Positions 1 to 10,084 are shown, counted from the stretch's first letter. The stretch is 64,000 bases of DNA from an uncultured bacterium (GCA_963813815.1 CAWFAD010000016.1:416001-480000), one strand, 5' to 3'. The notes: generated by a model from the letters alone, not told the origin. Made by a program: numbers and translations.

Positions 1-1
1 G

Positions 2-793
2 CGGGGGGAGGTCGCCGGAATCGAGGACGCCTTCATCGGCTTCAACGATCTCTTCGGCGTCGATCTCGATCTCATGGTCGGCCAGTTTCAGGTCTCCGAT
101 CCGCTCTTCAAACGCGAGCTCCGGCTCACGCTCGAGGATTACGAGATCTACCGGACCCGCGTCGGGGCCGCGCAGACCAACCTCACGTATGACCGCGGCC
201 TCATGGCGGGCTACGCGACGCCGTTCGGAACGGATATTCTCGCGGAGATCGTGAACGGAAGCGGCATCGGAGCGTCGGACGAGTTCTTCGACGACGACGA
301 CTGGAAGAACGTGTTCGTGCGCGTCTCGCATGCGGCGGGCCCCGCGCGCGTCGGCGCCTTCGGGTATCTCTGCAACGCGCACCTCCTCTCCGGTGCGGAG
401 TATATCTCGAACGAGCACCGCTACTGGGGCGTGGACGCCACGATCGACGCCGGCTCGCGCCTGCAGATCAACGGGCAGTATCTCGAGCGCACGGACGACA
501 ATCCGTACTTTCTTTCGACCGGCGCGGGTGGCACGAAGCTGCGGGGAGGGTTCGTCGAGGCGATCTGGGCCGTGCGGGGAGAGCTCGGGCGCACCTTCGT
601 CACGTTCCTCTACAACGGCGTCGATTCCGACGTCGACGAGGTGTACGCCGGAGAGTCGCCGCTCGACTACCGCTCCGAGGCGCTCAATGTTTCGTATCTT
701 TTGCGGAGGAATTTTCGTATCAGTACCGAGCTCCGGTATCGCGAAATCGAGGAAGAGTGGAACGTAGCGGCCGGTTTCACGGCCGCCTATTGA
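2..793 (+). CDS. Outer-membrane beta-barrel/porin-like protein (5' truncated by the window edge)
   Basis: Frame is open from base 2 (RGEVAGIEDAFIGFNDLFGVDLDLMVGQFQVSDPLFKRELRLT...). Alternating hydrophobic beta-strands and a C-terminal aromatic residue (GFTAAY). Confidence 0.6.
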   Translation, partial: RGEVAGIEDAFIGFNDLFGVDLDLMVGQFQVSDPLFKRELRLTLEDYEIYRTRVGAAQTNLTYDRGLMAGYATPFGTDILAEIVNGSGIGASDEFFDDDDWKNVFVRVSHAAGPARVGAFGYLCNAHLLSGAEYISNEHRYWGVDATIDAGSRLQINGQYLERTDDNPYFLSTGAGGTKLRGGFVEAIWAVRGELGRTFVTFLYNGVDSDVDEVYAGESPLDYRSEALNVSYLLRRNFRISTELRYREIEEEWNVAAGFTAAY

Positions 794-846
794 TTCGATA
801 CGCCGTTTGTCCGCCGACGAAACGTCATTCGAAGGGAGGGCCATTC

Positions 847-1332
847 ATGGCCGGCATTTTGCAGCCCGCCGAAATCATCGAAATCGGGATCGAAAAGGAG
901 AAAAAGCGCCGCGACTTCTATGCGATGTGCGCGGAGCGGTTCAAGGGGCGGCGCGATCTCTACGACCTCTTCAAGAAGCTCTACGAGTGGGAAGTGGAGC
1001 ATGTCCGCCGCTTCACCGAAATCCGCGACACGGTCTCGAAGGCGCAGTACGCCGAGTCGTACTCCGGCGAGACCGAGGCCTACATGAGCGCGCTCGTGCA
1101 GAGCGATCTCTACGCGGAGCTCACCGCGGCGAAGTTCGCCGAGGAGATCAAAACGCCCGCGGACGCCGTCGAGAAGGGCATCGGCTTCGAAAAGGACGCG
1201 ATCCTCTTTTTCGGCGGGCTCGCGCCTTTCGTGGATCAGAAGAGCCGCGAAATCGTGCAGACGCTCGTCAAGGAGGAGCAGCAGCACATGTTGTTTCTCT
1301 TCAACATGAAAAAGGAGCTCGCGGGCAAGTAA
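847..1332 (+). CDS. Ferritin-like/rubrerythrin-family protein
   Basis: GGAGGG RBS before ATG 847. Two ExxH di-iron motifs (WEVEH, EEQQH) and E..FY helices (EKKRRDFY, FEKDAILFF). Confidence 0.85.
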   Translation: MAGILQPAEIIEIGIEKEKKRRDFYAMCAERFKGRRDLYDLFKKLYEWEVEHVRRFTEIRDTVSKAQYAESYSGETEAYMSALVQSDLYAELTAAKFAEEIKTPADAVEKGIGFEKDAILFFGGLAPFVDQKSREIVQTLVKEEQQHMLFLFNMKKELAGK

Positions 1333-1384
1333 GGCCGCGGACCGTCCGCCGCCGTTCGCAGCCGCGGCAAGGGAGGCGTTCGAA

Positions 1385-3115
1385 ATGAGAGGGTTCTGGC
1401 AGAGCTTTTTCGCGACGATTCTCGCGATCGTCGTCGTCGCGCTCGTCGCGGCCGGCATCGTCGTCTCAAAGAGCGATTCGAAGAAAAAGATCGAGGATCA
1501 TTCCTGGCTCGTCGTCGATCTCTACGGCTCGATCGGCGAGTACGACCCCCCGGCGGGCCTTCTCGGCGCCGTCGGCGGCGGGGGAGAGACGCTGCAGCGG
1601 ATTCTCGGCAACCTCGAGAAGGCCGCGGTCGACGAACGGATCGACGGCGTCATCATAAAGCTCTCCTCATCGAACTCGGCGGGGTTCGGTATGCTCGAGG
1701 AGATGCGCGGGGCCGTGAAGAAGACCCGCGGAGCCGGCAAGAAGGTCTACTGCTGGTCGGACAGCATGGATCGAAACGCCTTTTTTCTCGCCTCGGCCTG
1801 CGACTCAATCTGGCTCGCTCCCCCGGCGTACGTCCAGTTCACCGGGATTGGGTCGGGAAGCATGCACGTCAAGGGCGCGCTCGAAAAGCTCGGCATCAAG
1901 CCGAACGTGCACCAGATCAAGGAGTACAAGGCCGCGGCCGAGATGCTGACCCGCTCCGACATGTCCCCCGAGGCGCGCGAGAACGACGAATGGCTTCTCG
2001 AGGAGCTCTGGGCCATGTTCGTGAAGGCGGCCGGCGAGGACCGCGGCCTCACCGAGGAGAAAATCGTCGAGATCATGAATCTCGCGGTCATGACCGCGGA
2101 CGAGGCGAAGGAGGCGGGTCTCGCCGACGGAGTCATGTACTGGAACGAGATCGAGCGGAAGCTCGCGCCGAAGGAGGGGGAGGATCTTCGCACGGTTTCC
2201 CAGTCCGCCTACGCCGATGTGAAGCCGGAGAAGCTCGGTCTCAAGGGCAAGAAGAAGATCGCCGTCGTGCACGCGCACGGCATGATCGGGGGGCGGAAGA
2301 GCACGATCGATCCGCTGTTCGGCGCCATGATGGGGCATGAGAGCGTCATCGCCGATCTGCGCGCGGCGGCGAAGGACGAGAACGTCGCCGCGATCGTGTT
2401 CCGCGTCGACAGCCGCGGCGGGGAAGGGCTCGCGAGCGATCTCATCGGGCACGAGGTCTCGGTCATCGCGGAGGACAAGCCGATCGTCGCGAGCATGGTC
2501 GACGCGGCGGCCTCGGGCGGATACTACATCAGCTACCAGGCCACGAAGATCGTCGCCGATCCGATGACGATCACGGGCTCGATCGGATCGATCAGCGCGA
2601 AGTTCAACATGAAGGGATTCTACGACAAGATCGGCGTGACGCAGGACTTCGCCACGAAAGGCCCCATGGCGCTCCTCATGTCGGATTACCGCGATTTCAC
2701 CCCCGAGGAGCGGGCGCGTTTCGAGCAGAACCATTGGGACGGCTTCAACGCATGGCTTTCCGACGTCGCGAAACGCCGGGGAATGACCTTCGAGGAGGCC
2801 CAGCAGCTCGCGTACGGCCGCGTCTGGTCCGGGCGGCAGGCCAAGGAGAACGGCCTCGTCGACGAGCTCGGCGGGCTCGATCGCGCGATCGAGATCGCGA
2901 GGGATCTCGCGAAGATCCCGGCCGATGAGAAGGTTACGGTCGTGCACTACCCGAAGAAAAAGGGTTTTCTCGAGATTCTCATGGCCGACGGAGGGGGGCT
3001 CGCCGCCGCGGCCCGCTACGCGGTTCACCGGTTCATCCGCGAGGACCTCGACGAGGCGCGGCGCAGACTGGACGGCGGCGTCTGGTACCTCATGGACGGC
3101 GAGGTGGCGCGGTAG
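1385..3115 (+). CDS. sppA: Signal peptide peptidase SppA (protease IV, 67-kDa type, S49)
   Basis: N-terminal TM anchor, tandem S49 domains, EYKAAAE, AASGGYY and TITGSIG motifs, GRVWSGRQA. Confidence 0.93.
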   Translation: MRGFWQSFFATILAIVVVALVAAGIVVSKSDSKKKIEDHSWLVVDLYGSIGEYDPPAGLLGAVGGGGETLQRILGNLEKAAVDERIDGVIIKLSSSNSAGFGMLEEMRGAVKKTRGAGKKVYCWSDSMDRNAFFLASACDSIWLAPPAYVQFTGIGSGSMHVKGALEKLGIKPNVHQIKEYKAAAEMLTRSDMSPEARENDEWLLEELWAMFVKAAGEDRGLTEEKIVEIMNLAVMTADEAKEAGLADGVMYWNEIERKLAPKEGEDLRTVSQSAYADVKPEKLGLKGKKKIAVVHAHGMIGGRKSTIDPLFGAMMGHESVIADLRAAAKDENVAAIVFRVDSRGGEGLASDLIGHEVSVIAEDKPIVASMVDAAASGGYYISYQATKIVADPMTITGSIGSISAKFNMKGFYDKIGVTQDFATKGPMALLMSDYRDFTPEERARFEQNHWDGFNAWLSDVAKRRGMTFEEAQQLAYGRVWSGRQAKENGLVDELGGLDRAIEIARDLAKIPADEKVTVVHYPKKKGFLEILMADGGGLAAAARYAVHRFIREDLDEARRRLDGGVWYLMDGEVAR

Positions 3116-3143
3116 CCCGGCGCCGCCCGTCGAGAGGGCTTCC

Positions 3144-4847
3144 ATGAAAGCGAAGAGGATCGCGATGCTCGCTCTGTGCGCCGCTCTGCTGCCGGAATCG
3201 GCGGGAGGATTCGACCGGCCGGCCGGCGGGATGTTCGCGTCTCGCTCCGAGGTGGTCGCCCGGCGCGGCATGGTGTGCGCCGCGCAGCCGCTCGCCGTGC
3301 AGATCGGGATCGATATTCTCAAGGCCGGCGGGAACGCCGTCGACGCCGCGATCGCCGTGAACGCCGCTCTCGGTCTCATGGAGCCGGTCTCGTGCGGGGT
3401 GGGGGGAGATCTCTTCGCCATCGTCTGGGACGCGAAGAGCGGAAAGCTTTACGGGCTCAACGCGAGCGGGCGCGCCCCGTACCTTCTCACGATAGAGGAG
3501 GCGCGCGGGCGGGGCGCTTCGTCGATGCCATATACCGGAGTGCTCCCTCAGACCGTGCCCGGCTGTGTCGACGGTTGGTTCGAGCTCCACGCGAAATTCG
3601 GGAAGCTTCCGATGAAGGATATCCTCGCGCCGGCGATCCGGTACGCGGAAGAAGGGTTCCCGGTGACCGAGGTCATCGCGCACTACTGGGAGATCGGCGG
3701 CCGGCGGCTGCGGGAAGAGCCGAACTTCGCGGCGACCTATCTGCCCGGCGGTCGCGCGCCGCGGACGGGGGAGATTTTCCGAAACCCCGATCTCGCCCGC
3801 ACCTACCGGCTGCTCGCGGCGAAGGGACGCGACGCGTTCTACCGCGGGGATATCGCGGAGACGATCGACGCCTTCGAGCGGAGAATCGGCGGATACATCA
3901 GGCTCCGGGATCTCGAGGATCACTCGTCGACCTGGGTGGAGCCCGTGAGCGCGGGCTACCGCGGCTACGACGTCTGGGAGCTTCCCCCGAACGGGCAGGG
4001 GATCGCCGCCCTCCAGATGCTCAACGTCCTCGAGGCCTACGATCTCGCCGGGCTCGGCTTCGGGAGCGCCGAGGCGCTCCATCTCATGATCGAAGCGAAA
4101 AAGCTCGCCTTCGAGGACGCCGCCCGCTACTACGCCGATCCGGATTTCGTGAAGGTGCCGGTGGCGGAGCTCGTCTCGAAGGAGTACGCGGCGCGCCGCC
4201 GCGAGCTCATCTCGATGGACCGCGCGCTCCGCGAGATTCCGCCCGGCGACATCCGTCTCGATACGAGCGAGACGACCTATCTCGCCGTCGCCGACGGGGA
4301 CCGGAACTTCGTCTCCCTCATCCAGAGCAACTACGCGGGCTTCGGCTCGGGCCCCGTGCCGGACGGGCTCGGGTTCTGCCTGCAGGATCGCGGGGCGCTC
4401 TTCAACCTCGATCCCGCGCACCCGAACGCGCTCGCGCCGCACAAGAGGCCGTTTCACACGATCATACCGGCGATGGTCACGAAGGACGGGAAGCCGATCT
4501 TCGCCTTCGGCGTCATGGGAGGCTCGATGCAGCCCCAGGGGCACGTGCAGATCCTCTGCAACATCGTCGACTTCGGGATGGGCATCCAGGAGGCGGGCGA
4601 CGCGCCGCGCTTCAACCATTCGGGCTCGTCCGAGCCGACCGGCGAGATCATGTGGGGAGGGGGCGAGGTGGCGCTCGAGAGCGGTTTCGCCCCGGAAACG
4701 ATTCGGGCGCTTCTCGAGCGGGGCCACCGGATCGTGAGTGACACCGGCGGCTTCGGCGGCTATCAGGGTATCTGGTGGGACCGCGAGCGGGACGTCCTCA
4801 TCGGAGGGAGCGAGAGCCGCAAGGACGGCTGCGCCATGGGGTACTGA
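3144..4847 (+). CDS. ggt: Gamma-glutamyltransferase (Ntn hydrolase), secreted
   Basis: Signal peptide, GGNAVDAAIA, ETTYLAVAD nucleophile Thr, KRPFHTIIP, GVMGGSMQPQG. Confidence 0.93.
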   Translation: MKAKRIAMLALCAALLPESAGGFDRPAGGMFASRSEVVARRGMVCAAQPLAVQIGIDILKAGGNAVDAAIAVNAALGLMEPVSCGVGGDLFAIVWDAKSGKLYGLNASGRAPYLLTIEEARGRGASSMPYTGVLPQTVPGCVDGWFELHAKFGKLPMKDILAPAIRYAEEGFPVTEVIAHYWEIGGRRLREEPNFAATYLPGGRAPRTGEIFRNPDLARTYRLLAAKGRDAFYRGDIAETIDAFERRIGGYIRLRDLEDHSSTWVEPVSAGYRGYDVWELPPNGQGIAALQMLNVLEAYDLAGLGFGSAEALHLMIEAKKLAFEDAARYYADPDFVKVPVAELVSKEYAARRRELISMDRALREIPPGDIRLDTSETTYLAVADGDRNFVSLIQSNYAGFGSGPVPDGLGFCLQDRGALFNLDPAHPNALAPHKRPFHTIIPAMVTKDGKPIFAFGVMGGSMQPQGHVQILCNIVDFGMGIQEAGDAPRFNHSGSSEPTGEIMWGGGEVALESGFAPETIRALLERGHRIVSDTGGFGGYQGIWWDRERDVLIGGSESRKDGCAMGY

Positions 4848-4903
4848 GACCCGGGCGGTTTCGCGGGGCGATTTTTTTGAACGGGTGGGGATGCGGGGGT
4901 GTA

Positions 4904-4940
4904 TTTTCGATTGAAGTCGTCGAAAACGGTGGCGTACAGT
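4904..4940 (+). promoter_or_regulatory. Putative sigma70 promoter with overlapping dyad
   Basis: TTGAAG (4911-4916), 18 bp spacer, TACAGT (4935-4940). TTTTCGA-N9-TCGAAAA (4904-4926) straddles the -35. Confidence 0.45.
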
Positions 4941-4972
4941 GGTGCCCGGTTCATGAAACAGGGAGGTTCGAA

Positions 4973-5119
4973 ATGAAGAAGGTCGTGCTCTGCAGCGGAA
5001 GCAAGTGCTGCCCCGAGGCCCTCATCGACGGCAACGCCGTCACGATCACGGACGACGACGGCGGCAAGGTCACGTTGACTCGGGAGCAGGTCAAGATTCT
5101 CTTCGAGAACATGGAATAG
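4973..5119 (+). CDS. 48-aa Cys-rich small protein of unknown function (CxxxxCCP)
   Basis: GGGAGG RBS; MKKVVLCSGSKCCPEALIDGNAVTITDDDGGKVTLTREQVKILFENME; host-like codon use; own promoter and terminator. Confidence 0.8.
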   Translation: MKKVVLCSGSKCCPEALIDGNAVTITDDDGGKVTLTREQVKILFENME

Positions 5120-5141
5120 CGAGGAGCGGGTTTACCGTTCG

Positions 5142-5178
5142 AAAGGCGCTCCGGATGGATTCCGGAGCGCCTTTTTTT
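5142..5178 (+). terminator. Rho-independent terminator
   Basis: AAAGGCGCTCCGGA-tggat-TCCGGAGCGCCTTT followed by a T run, between convergent genes. Confidence 0.85.
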
Positions 5179-5202
5179 GCGCGGACGCCGCGATCGGCCC
5201 GC

Positions 5203-6915
5203 CTATTCGAGATTGAGCGCCCGCTCGTCCCAGTCCCCCGGAAACTCGATCGTGTAGGCGACGCGGATCTCGATCTTCGCCTTCGGTGAAGGCTCGAGAT
5301 TCCACGTGACGATGCCGTTCTCGAGCTCTTCCGACGGACGGGGCTCGAGATCGACGTTCGCCACCTTCACTTCCTTGAGCGTCGAGACGGGGATGCGGTC
5401 CTGCAGCTTCACCGCGAGCGCTTCCTTCTTGAAGCTCTCGAGAGCGATGAGGTAGTGGTAGCGTATCCTCTTCGTCGCGGCGCCTTCCTTGGAGAGGTAC
5501 TCTTTCTTTTCGAGCTTCTGAGAGATCTTGAAATCCTGATCGACACCGAAGGAGACGGGGAACTCCTGCCCGGTCGCGACGCCGGAGAGCGCTTCCTTTC
5601 CCACGAAGGTCGACTGCCTCGCGGCCCCTGCGCCCGTTTCGATGTAGACGTCCGCCGCGCCGGGAAGGAGCGGAACGTCGAGGGTGTTCGCGATCGATCC
5701 CCGCACGAAGACGTTCTGCGAGAGACGGGGAGCCGCGTAGCGCGAGAGCGCGCCCGCGAGCGAGCCCTCGAGAATGAGCGCGCGCTTCGGATCGGCTCCG
5801 CTCGGGAGGTCGAGCCTCCTCGGGATCGAAAAGGTCGCGGCGAAGGCGGTCGACTCGATCTCGGCGCCGGGACGCTCCGCCTCGACGATTCCGGATTTGA
5901 GCGCCACGGCCTCGGCGATCTCCTGTTCCGCGCGGGCGTCGCCCGCGACCTTCGTCGAGCTGATCACCGGCCTCGGGCGGGGCATGCGGCGCGTGATGTA
6001 GTACGGCTGGATTTCGGGCGGCGCCGCGCCGATCTGCGGCCGCGCCGTCGAGAGCGCGACGGCCACTCCGTTCCAATCCTCGCCGGTGCTCTGGCGGATG
6101 CGGGCGTTGTACCCGAGCGCGATCTTTTCCTCGGCCGGCCGGTAGCGGATCGTGTACTCGGGGGCCCACGTCGCGCCGGAGACGTTGTAGACGAGAGCGA
6201 CGTCGAGCGAGCCGGCGGTTGCGGCCTCGATATCGATGACGACGCGCTTCGACCAGTCACCTTGCGTCTGCATGTCCCGGATCTGCTTCTCGACCCACGC
6301 GATCTCCTCGTCGAGCTTCGCCGCCCGCTTGCCGTGGGCGTCGATCCGCTCGTTCGTCTTCACGCGCTCGGCGGAGATGAACTCGATGACGCTCTTCCAG
6401 TCGGACACGCGGAAAATCTCGGAGGCGAGCTTCGAGGAGCCCTTTTCGAAGGGAAACTTCGCCAGGTTGTCGAGGTAGAGGAGCGAGCCTCGAAATCCCT
6501 CGAGCTCGATCCGGAGCGTGTCGTGCCGGCCGGCGAGCCTCTCGAGCTTGTCCTTGAGCTCGCGATAGCGGGGCGATTCGGCCAGTAGCCCCTGCAGCGC
6601 GACGACGTCGATGCCCATGATACGTGCCTCGGCCGTTCCCGATCCCTCGACCCGCAGCGACGCGTCGTCGAACCGCTGCGGCAGGTCGTCGCACACGAGC
6701 TTCCAGAGGCCGGCCCGAAGCTCGATTCTGCCGCTCCGCGTGATCTGCGCCCGGTCGGCGTACACCGTCGCGGAGACGATCTTCGTCGCGAGCGAAAGAT
6801 CCTTCGCCTCCGCCGGCGCGGCGCCTCCGGCGGCCGGGACGGCGCATGCGAGCAGGACGCCGATGAGCGCTCCGAGCGCCGCTGCCCGCGGGAGCCCGTT
6901 TCGTGTCCTTTTCAT
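5203..6915 (-). CDS. Mucoidy inhibitor MuiA-family protein (DUF4140 + DUF4139)
   Basis: AAGGAGG RBS, signal peptide, ATVYADRAQITR, coiled coil, ATWAPEY, IRQSTGEDW, ALSTARP, LQDRIPVS. Confidence 0.88.
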   Translation of the reverse strand: MKRTRNGLPRAAALGALIGVLLACAVPAAGGAAPAEAKDLSLATKIVSATVYADRAQITRSGRIELRAGLWKLVCDDLPQRFDDASLRVEGSGTAEARIMGIDVVALQGLLAESPRYRELKDKLERLAGRHDTLRIELEGFRGSLLYLDNLAKFPFEKGSSKLASEIFRVSDWKSVIEFISAERVKTNERIDAHGKRAAKLDEEIAWVEKQIRDMQTQGDWSKRVVIDIEAATAGSLDVALVYNVSGATWAPEYTIRYRPAEEKIALGYNARIRQSTGEDWNGVAVALSTARPQIGAAPPEIQPYYITRRMPRPRPVISSTKVAGDARAEQEIAEAVALKSGIVEAERPGAEIESTAFAATFSIPRRLDLPSGADPKRALILEGSLAGALSRYAAPRLSQNVFVRGSIANTLDVPLLPGAADVYIETGAGAARQSTFVGKEALSGVATGQEFPVSFGVDQDFKISQKLEKKEYLSKEGAATKRIRYHYLIALESFKKEALAVKLQDRIPVSTLKEVKVANVDLEPRPSEELENGIVTWNLEPSPKAKIEIRVAYTIEFPGDWDERALNLE

Positions 6916-6965
6916 GGCCAGCTCCTCCTTGTCGGTTCGAACGGTCGAATCCCGCGCCGCGGACT

Positions 6966-8060
6966 CTAGCGGACGACGATCAACGCGCCCCCCGCTATCC
7001 GGGCGACGAGGACCGGCGGGAGCCATTCGCGCTCGGCGTAGGTGTAGGTGCCCGCCACGCCGTTATAGTCTCCCAGCTTCTTGAGCGCGTTGACGAGGCT
7101 CGATTCTTCGTATCGCCTCGAACGATCAGCCTTCGCGAGAATCATCATGGCGTCGTACGCGACGACGACGTTCAGCGTCGGCTCGGCGTTGAACCGCTCC
7201 CGGTAGCGATCCGCGAGCGGAAGCGCTCGGGCGAGCTCGACGGCCGGCACGGCGACGTAGCACCCCTCGAGCGCCCCGGCGGCGGCCTCGATGACGGCCG
7301 GCGAGGCGAACTCGCGCGGGCCGCACACCGGACCTCCGTAGCCGAGCTTTCGAACGGCCGCGAGCACCCGCGCCGCGACGTGGCCGCGCCCGTAGATGAA
7401 GATCGCCTCGGGCTTCTGCGAAAGCACGGCGGCGGCCGAGCTCCTCGGATCGGCGCCGCCCGCGTCGAACGGCTCCGAGGCGGCGAGGGCGAGGCCGCTC
7501 GCGGGAACGTCGTTCTTCATGGCCTGCGCGACGAGCTTGCCCGGCGGATCGTCGGCGTAGAGAATCGCCACGCTCTTCACGTCGAGGGAGCGGGCGAGAA
7601 ACGCGAACGTCGTTCGCGCGAGGTGCATCGGCGAGGGGGAGGAGCGGAAAACGTCCCGCAGCATCGTGACGACGAACGGATGATCGCAGTTCGCGAAGAG
7701 CGGAATGAAGTCCCGCTCCGCCCTGGGGCCCACGGAGAGCGAGGCCGCGTCCGAGGCGGTCACGACCGCGGAGACTTTGTCGCGCGTGAGCTGTTTCTCG
7801 AATGAGGCGCCCGCGCGGGCGGCGTCGCTGCCATCGTCGGCGACGAGCTCGTAGAGCACGTTCTCTCCCGCCGCGTTCAGCTCCTCGATCGCGAGCGTCA
7901 TGCCGTGGAGGCACTGGTTCCCGATCTCGGCGCCTTCCCCCGAGAGGGGGACGATGGCGCCGATCTTCACGATCTCCTGTTTTTTGCCGCAGCACGGCAG
8001 GCACGCCATCGCGAGGGCGAGCGCCGCGGCGGCGATGCGCCCGGAAACGCAACGTTCCAT
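6966..8060 (-). CDS. Branched-chain amino acid (LivJ/K-type) periplasmic binding lipoprotein
   Basis: Lipoprotein-like signal, VKIGAIVPLSG, VAILYADD, AYDAMMIL, YNGVAG. Confidence 0.8.
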   Translation of the reverse strand: MERCVSGRIAAAALALAMACLPCCGKKQEIVKIGAIVPLSGEGAEIGNQCLHGMTLAIEELNAAGENVLYELVADDGSDAARAGASFEKQLTRDKVSAVVTASDAASLSVGPRAERDFIPLFANCDHPFVVTMLRDVFRSSPSPMHLARTTFAFLARSLDVKSVAILYADDPPGKLVAQAMKNDVPASGLALAASEPFDAGGADPRSSAAAVLSQKPEAIFIYGRGHVAARVLAAVRKLGYGGPVCGPREFASPAVIEAAAGALEGCYVAVPAVELARALPLADRYRERFNAEPTLNVVVAYDAMMILAKADRSRRYEESSLVNALKKLGDYNGVAGTYTYAEREWLPPVLVARIAGGALIVVR

Positions 8061-8176
8061 TCGAGAACCTCCTCGTGGTGTTCGACTCCTGTCATACCAC
8101 CCCGTGAAAGGGGTTGTAAAGGGGGGTTTTTCGATGCATATTGTTGCTGCTCGATTCGACGAAAGGGGAGCATTTT

Positions 8177-9361
8177 ATGCGCGACGCGCGGCGACACCAT
8201 ATCGATACCCAGTGCGTGCACGCGGGATTCGAACCCGACGGCTCGGGGGCCGTCGTCACGCCGATTTATCAAACCTCGACCTTCTCCTTCCGCGACGCCG
8301 ATCATGGCGCGGATCTCTTCGACGGGAAACGGGAAGGGTACATATATACGCGGCTCGGCAATCCCACGATCCGCGCCTGCGAGCGAGCCGTCGCCGCCCT
8401 CGAGGGCGGGCACGACGGCATCGCCTGCGCGAGCGGCATGGCGGCGATCCACACGGTGTTCGCCGCGCTGCTCCGGGCGGGCGATCACGCCGTTTGCTCG
8501 GCGGTCGTCTACGGTCCCACGCAAACGCTGCTCGCCGGCGTCATGTCGCGCTTCGGGATCGAATCGTCCTTCGTCGACACCGCCGACCTCGACGCCGTCC
8601 GGCGCGCCATGCGCCCGAGCACGAGGCTCGTGTTCGTCGAAACGCCGGGGAACCCCGTTCTCGCCGTGAGCGATCTCGCGGCGATCGCCGAGATCGCCCG
8701 CGCCGGCGGCGCGAAGCTCGCCGTCGACAACACCTTTTCGAGCCCCATTCTCCAGCGCCCCATCGAGTTCGGCGCCGACGTGGTCGTTCATTCGATGACC
8801 AAGTATCTGAACGGCCACGCGGACGTCGTCGCCGGGATGGTCGTCACGAGCTCGGCCGAGGATCACGCGCCGATGCGGAAGATGTTCAACCAGATCGGCG
8901 GGTGCATCGATCCGTTCGGAGCTTTTCTCGTCTCCCGGGGCCTCAAAACGCTCGCGCTGCGCATGGAGCGCCATTGCGCGAGCGCCGAGCGAGTCGCCCG
9001 TTTCCTCGAGGGACATCCGAAGGTCTCGAGGGTCAACTATCCCTGGCTTCCGTCGCACCCGCAGTTCGAGCTCGCCAGGCGCCAGATGGGGGGCGGCGGC
9101 GGGGTCGTGAGCTTCGAGCTCGCCGGGGGCATCGAGGCGGGAAAGACCCTCATGAACTCGGTTCGCCTCTGCACGCTCGCCGTGAGCCTCGGGGGCGTCG
9201 AAACGCTCATCGAGCACCCGGCGTCCATGACGCACGCTTCCATGGGGGCCGCCGCGCGCGCGGGAGCGGGCATTCCCGAGGGGCTCGTGCGCGTCGCCGT
9301 CGGCATCGAGCACGCGGACGAGATCATCGCCGATCTCGATCAGGGGCTCGCGAAGGCATGA
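8177..9361 (+). CDS. PLP-dependent trans-sulfuration enzyme (methionine gamma-lyase/cystathionine gamma-synthase family)
   Basis: PIYQTSTF, YTRLGNPT, ETPGNP, VDNTF, HSMTKYLNGH (PLP Lys), AVSLGGVETL. Confidence 0.92.
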   Translation: MRDARRHHIDTQCVHAGFEPDGSGAVVTPIYQTSTFSFRDADHGADLFDGKREGYIYTRLGNPTIRACERAVAALEGGHDGIACASGMAAIHTVFAALLRAGDHAVCSAVVYGPTQTLLAGVMSRFGIESSFVDTADLDAVRRAMRPSTRLVFVETPGNPVLAVSDLAAIAEIARAGGAKLAVDNTFSSPILQRPIEFGADVVVHSMTKYLNGHADVVAGMVVTSSAEDHAPMRKMFNQIGGCIDPFGAFLVSRGLKTLALRMERHCASAERVARFLEGHPKVSRVNYPWLPSHPQFELARRQMGGGGGVVSFELAGGIEAGKTLMNSVRLCTLAVSLGGVETLIEHPASMTHASMGAAARAGAGIPEGLVRVAVGIEHADEIIADLDQGLAKA

Positions 9362-9981
9362 TGAGCTGGGGCGAATACGCGAAGATCGTCGTCGGTCTCA
9401 TCGTGATCACCGATCCGCTCGGCGCGATTCCGCTCTTCGTCAGCCTGACGGTCGGCCAGCAGGAGCAGGAGCGGAAGCGCACGGCGGACATCGCCTGCTT
9501 TTCGGTCGCCATCATTCTCATCGTCTCGTGCTTCGTGGGGGAGTGGATCCTCAAGATCTTCGGTATTAGCATCGCTTCTTTCAGGATCGGCGGCGGGATA
9601 CTCCTGCTCCTCCTCTCCATCGCCATGATGCAGGCCAAGGTGATCGCCGCGAAGCAAACGGAGAAGGAGGCCGAGGAGGCGACGGGGAAGGAGCACGTCG
9701 CCGTCGTGCCGCTCGCCATTCCGCTCATCGCCGGCCCCGGAGCGATCAGTCTCGCCATCATCTACGGGGAAAAGGTGACGGGGGTCGTCAACTCGATGTT
9801 TCTCGTTGCGAGCTGCGTTCTCGTCGCGGCGGTCATGTGGGTGGCGCTTCGTCTCTCCATGAGGATTTCCCGCGTGCTCGGCCAGACCGGCATCAACATA
9901 GCGACCCGCATCATGGGGCTCATTCTGGCCGCTCTCGCGATCGAGTTCATCGCGAGCGGCTACAAGGTGCTCTTCCGGTAG
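9358..9981 (+). CDS. MarC-family (NAAT) membrane protein
   Basis: DPLGAIPLF, SFRIGGGILL, VVPLAIPLIAGPGAI, TRIMGLIL. ATGA overlap with the upstream gene. Confidence 0.92.
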   Translation: MMSWGEYAKIVVGLIVITDPLGAIPLFVSLTVGQQEQERKRTADIACFSVAIILIVSCFVGEWILKIFGISIASFRIGGGILLLLLSIAMMQAKVIAAKQTEKEAEEATGKEHVAVVPLAIPLIAGPGAISLAIIYGEKVTGVVNSMFLVASCVLVAAVMWVALRLSMRISRVLGQTGINIATRIMGLILAALAIEFIASGYKVLFR

Positions 9982-10084
9982 CTCCGCGCGAGCTCCCCGC
10001 CCGGAGCTCGGAGAATCCCTCGAAGCGAAGAAAATAGTTCCTTTGCGATAATAATTCCACCTAATTGGAGTGTACTAGTAGATG

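Noticed and set aside
8061..8176. SAM riboswitch upstream of the Met/Cys lyase
   Set aside because: Short divergent intergenic region without recognisable SAM-I/II core motifs.
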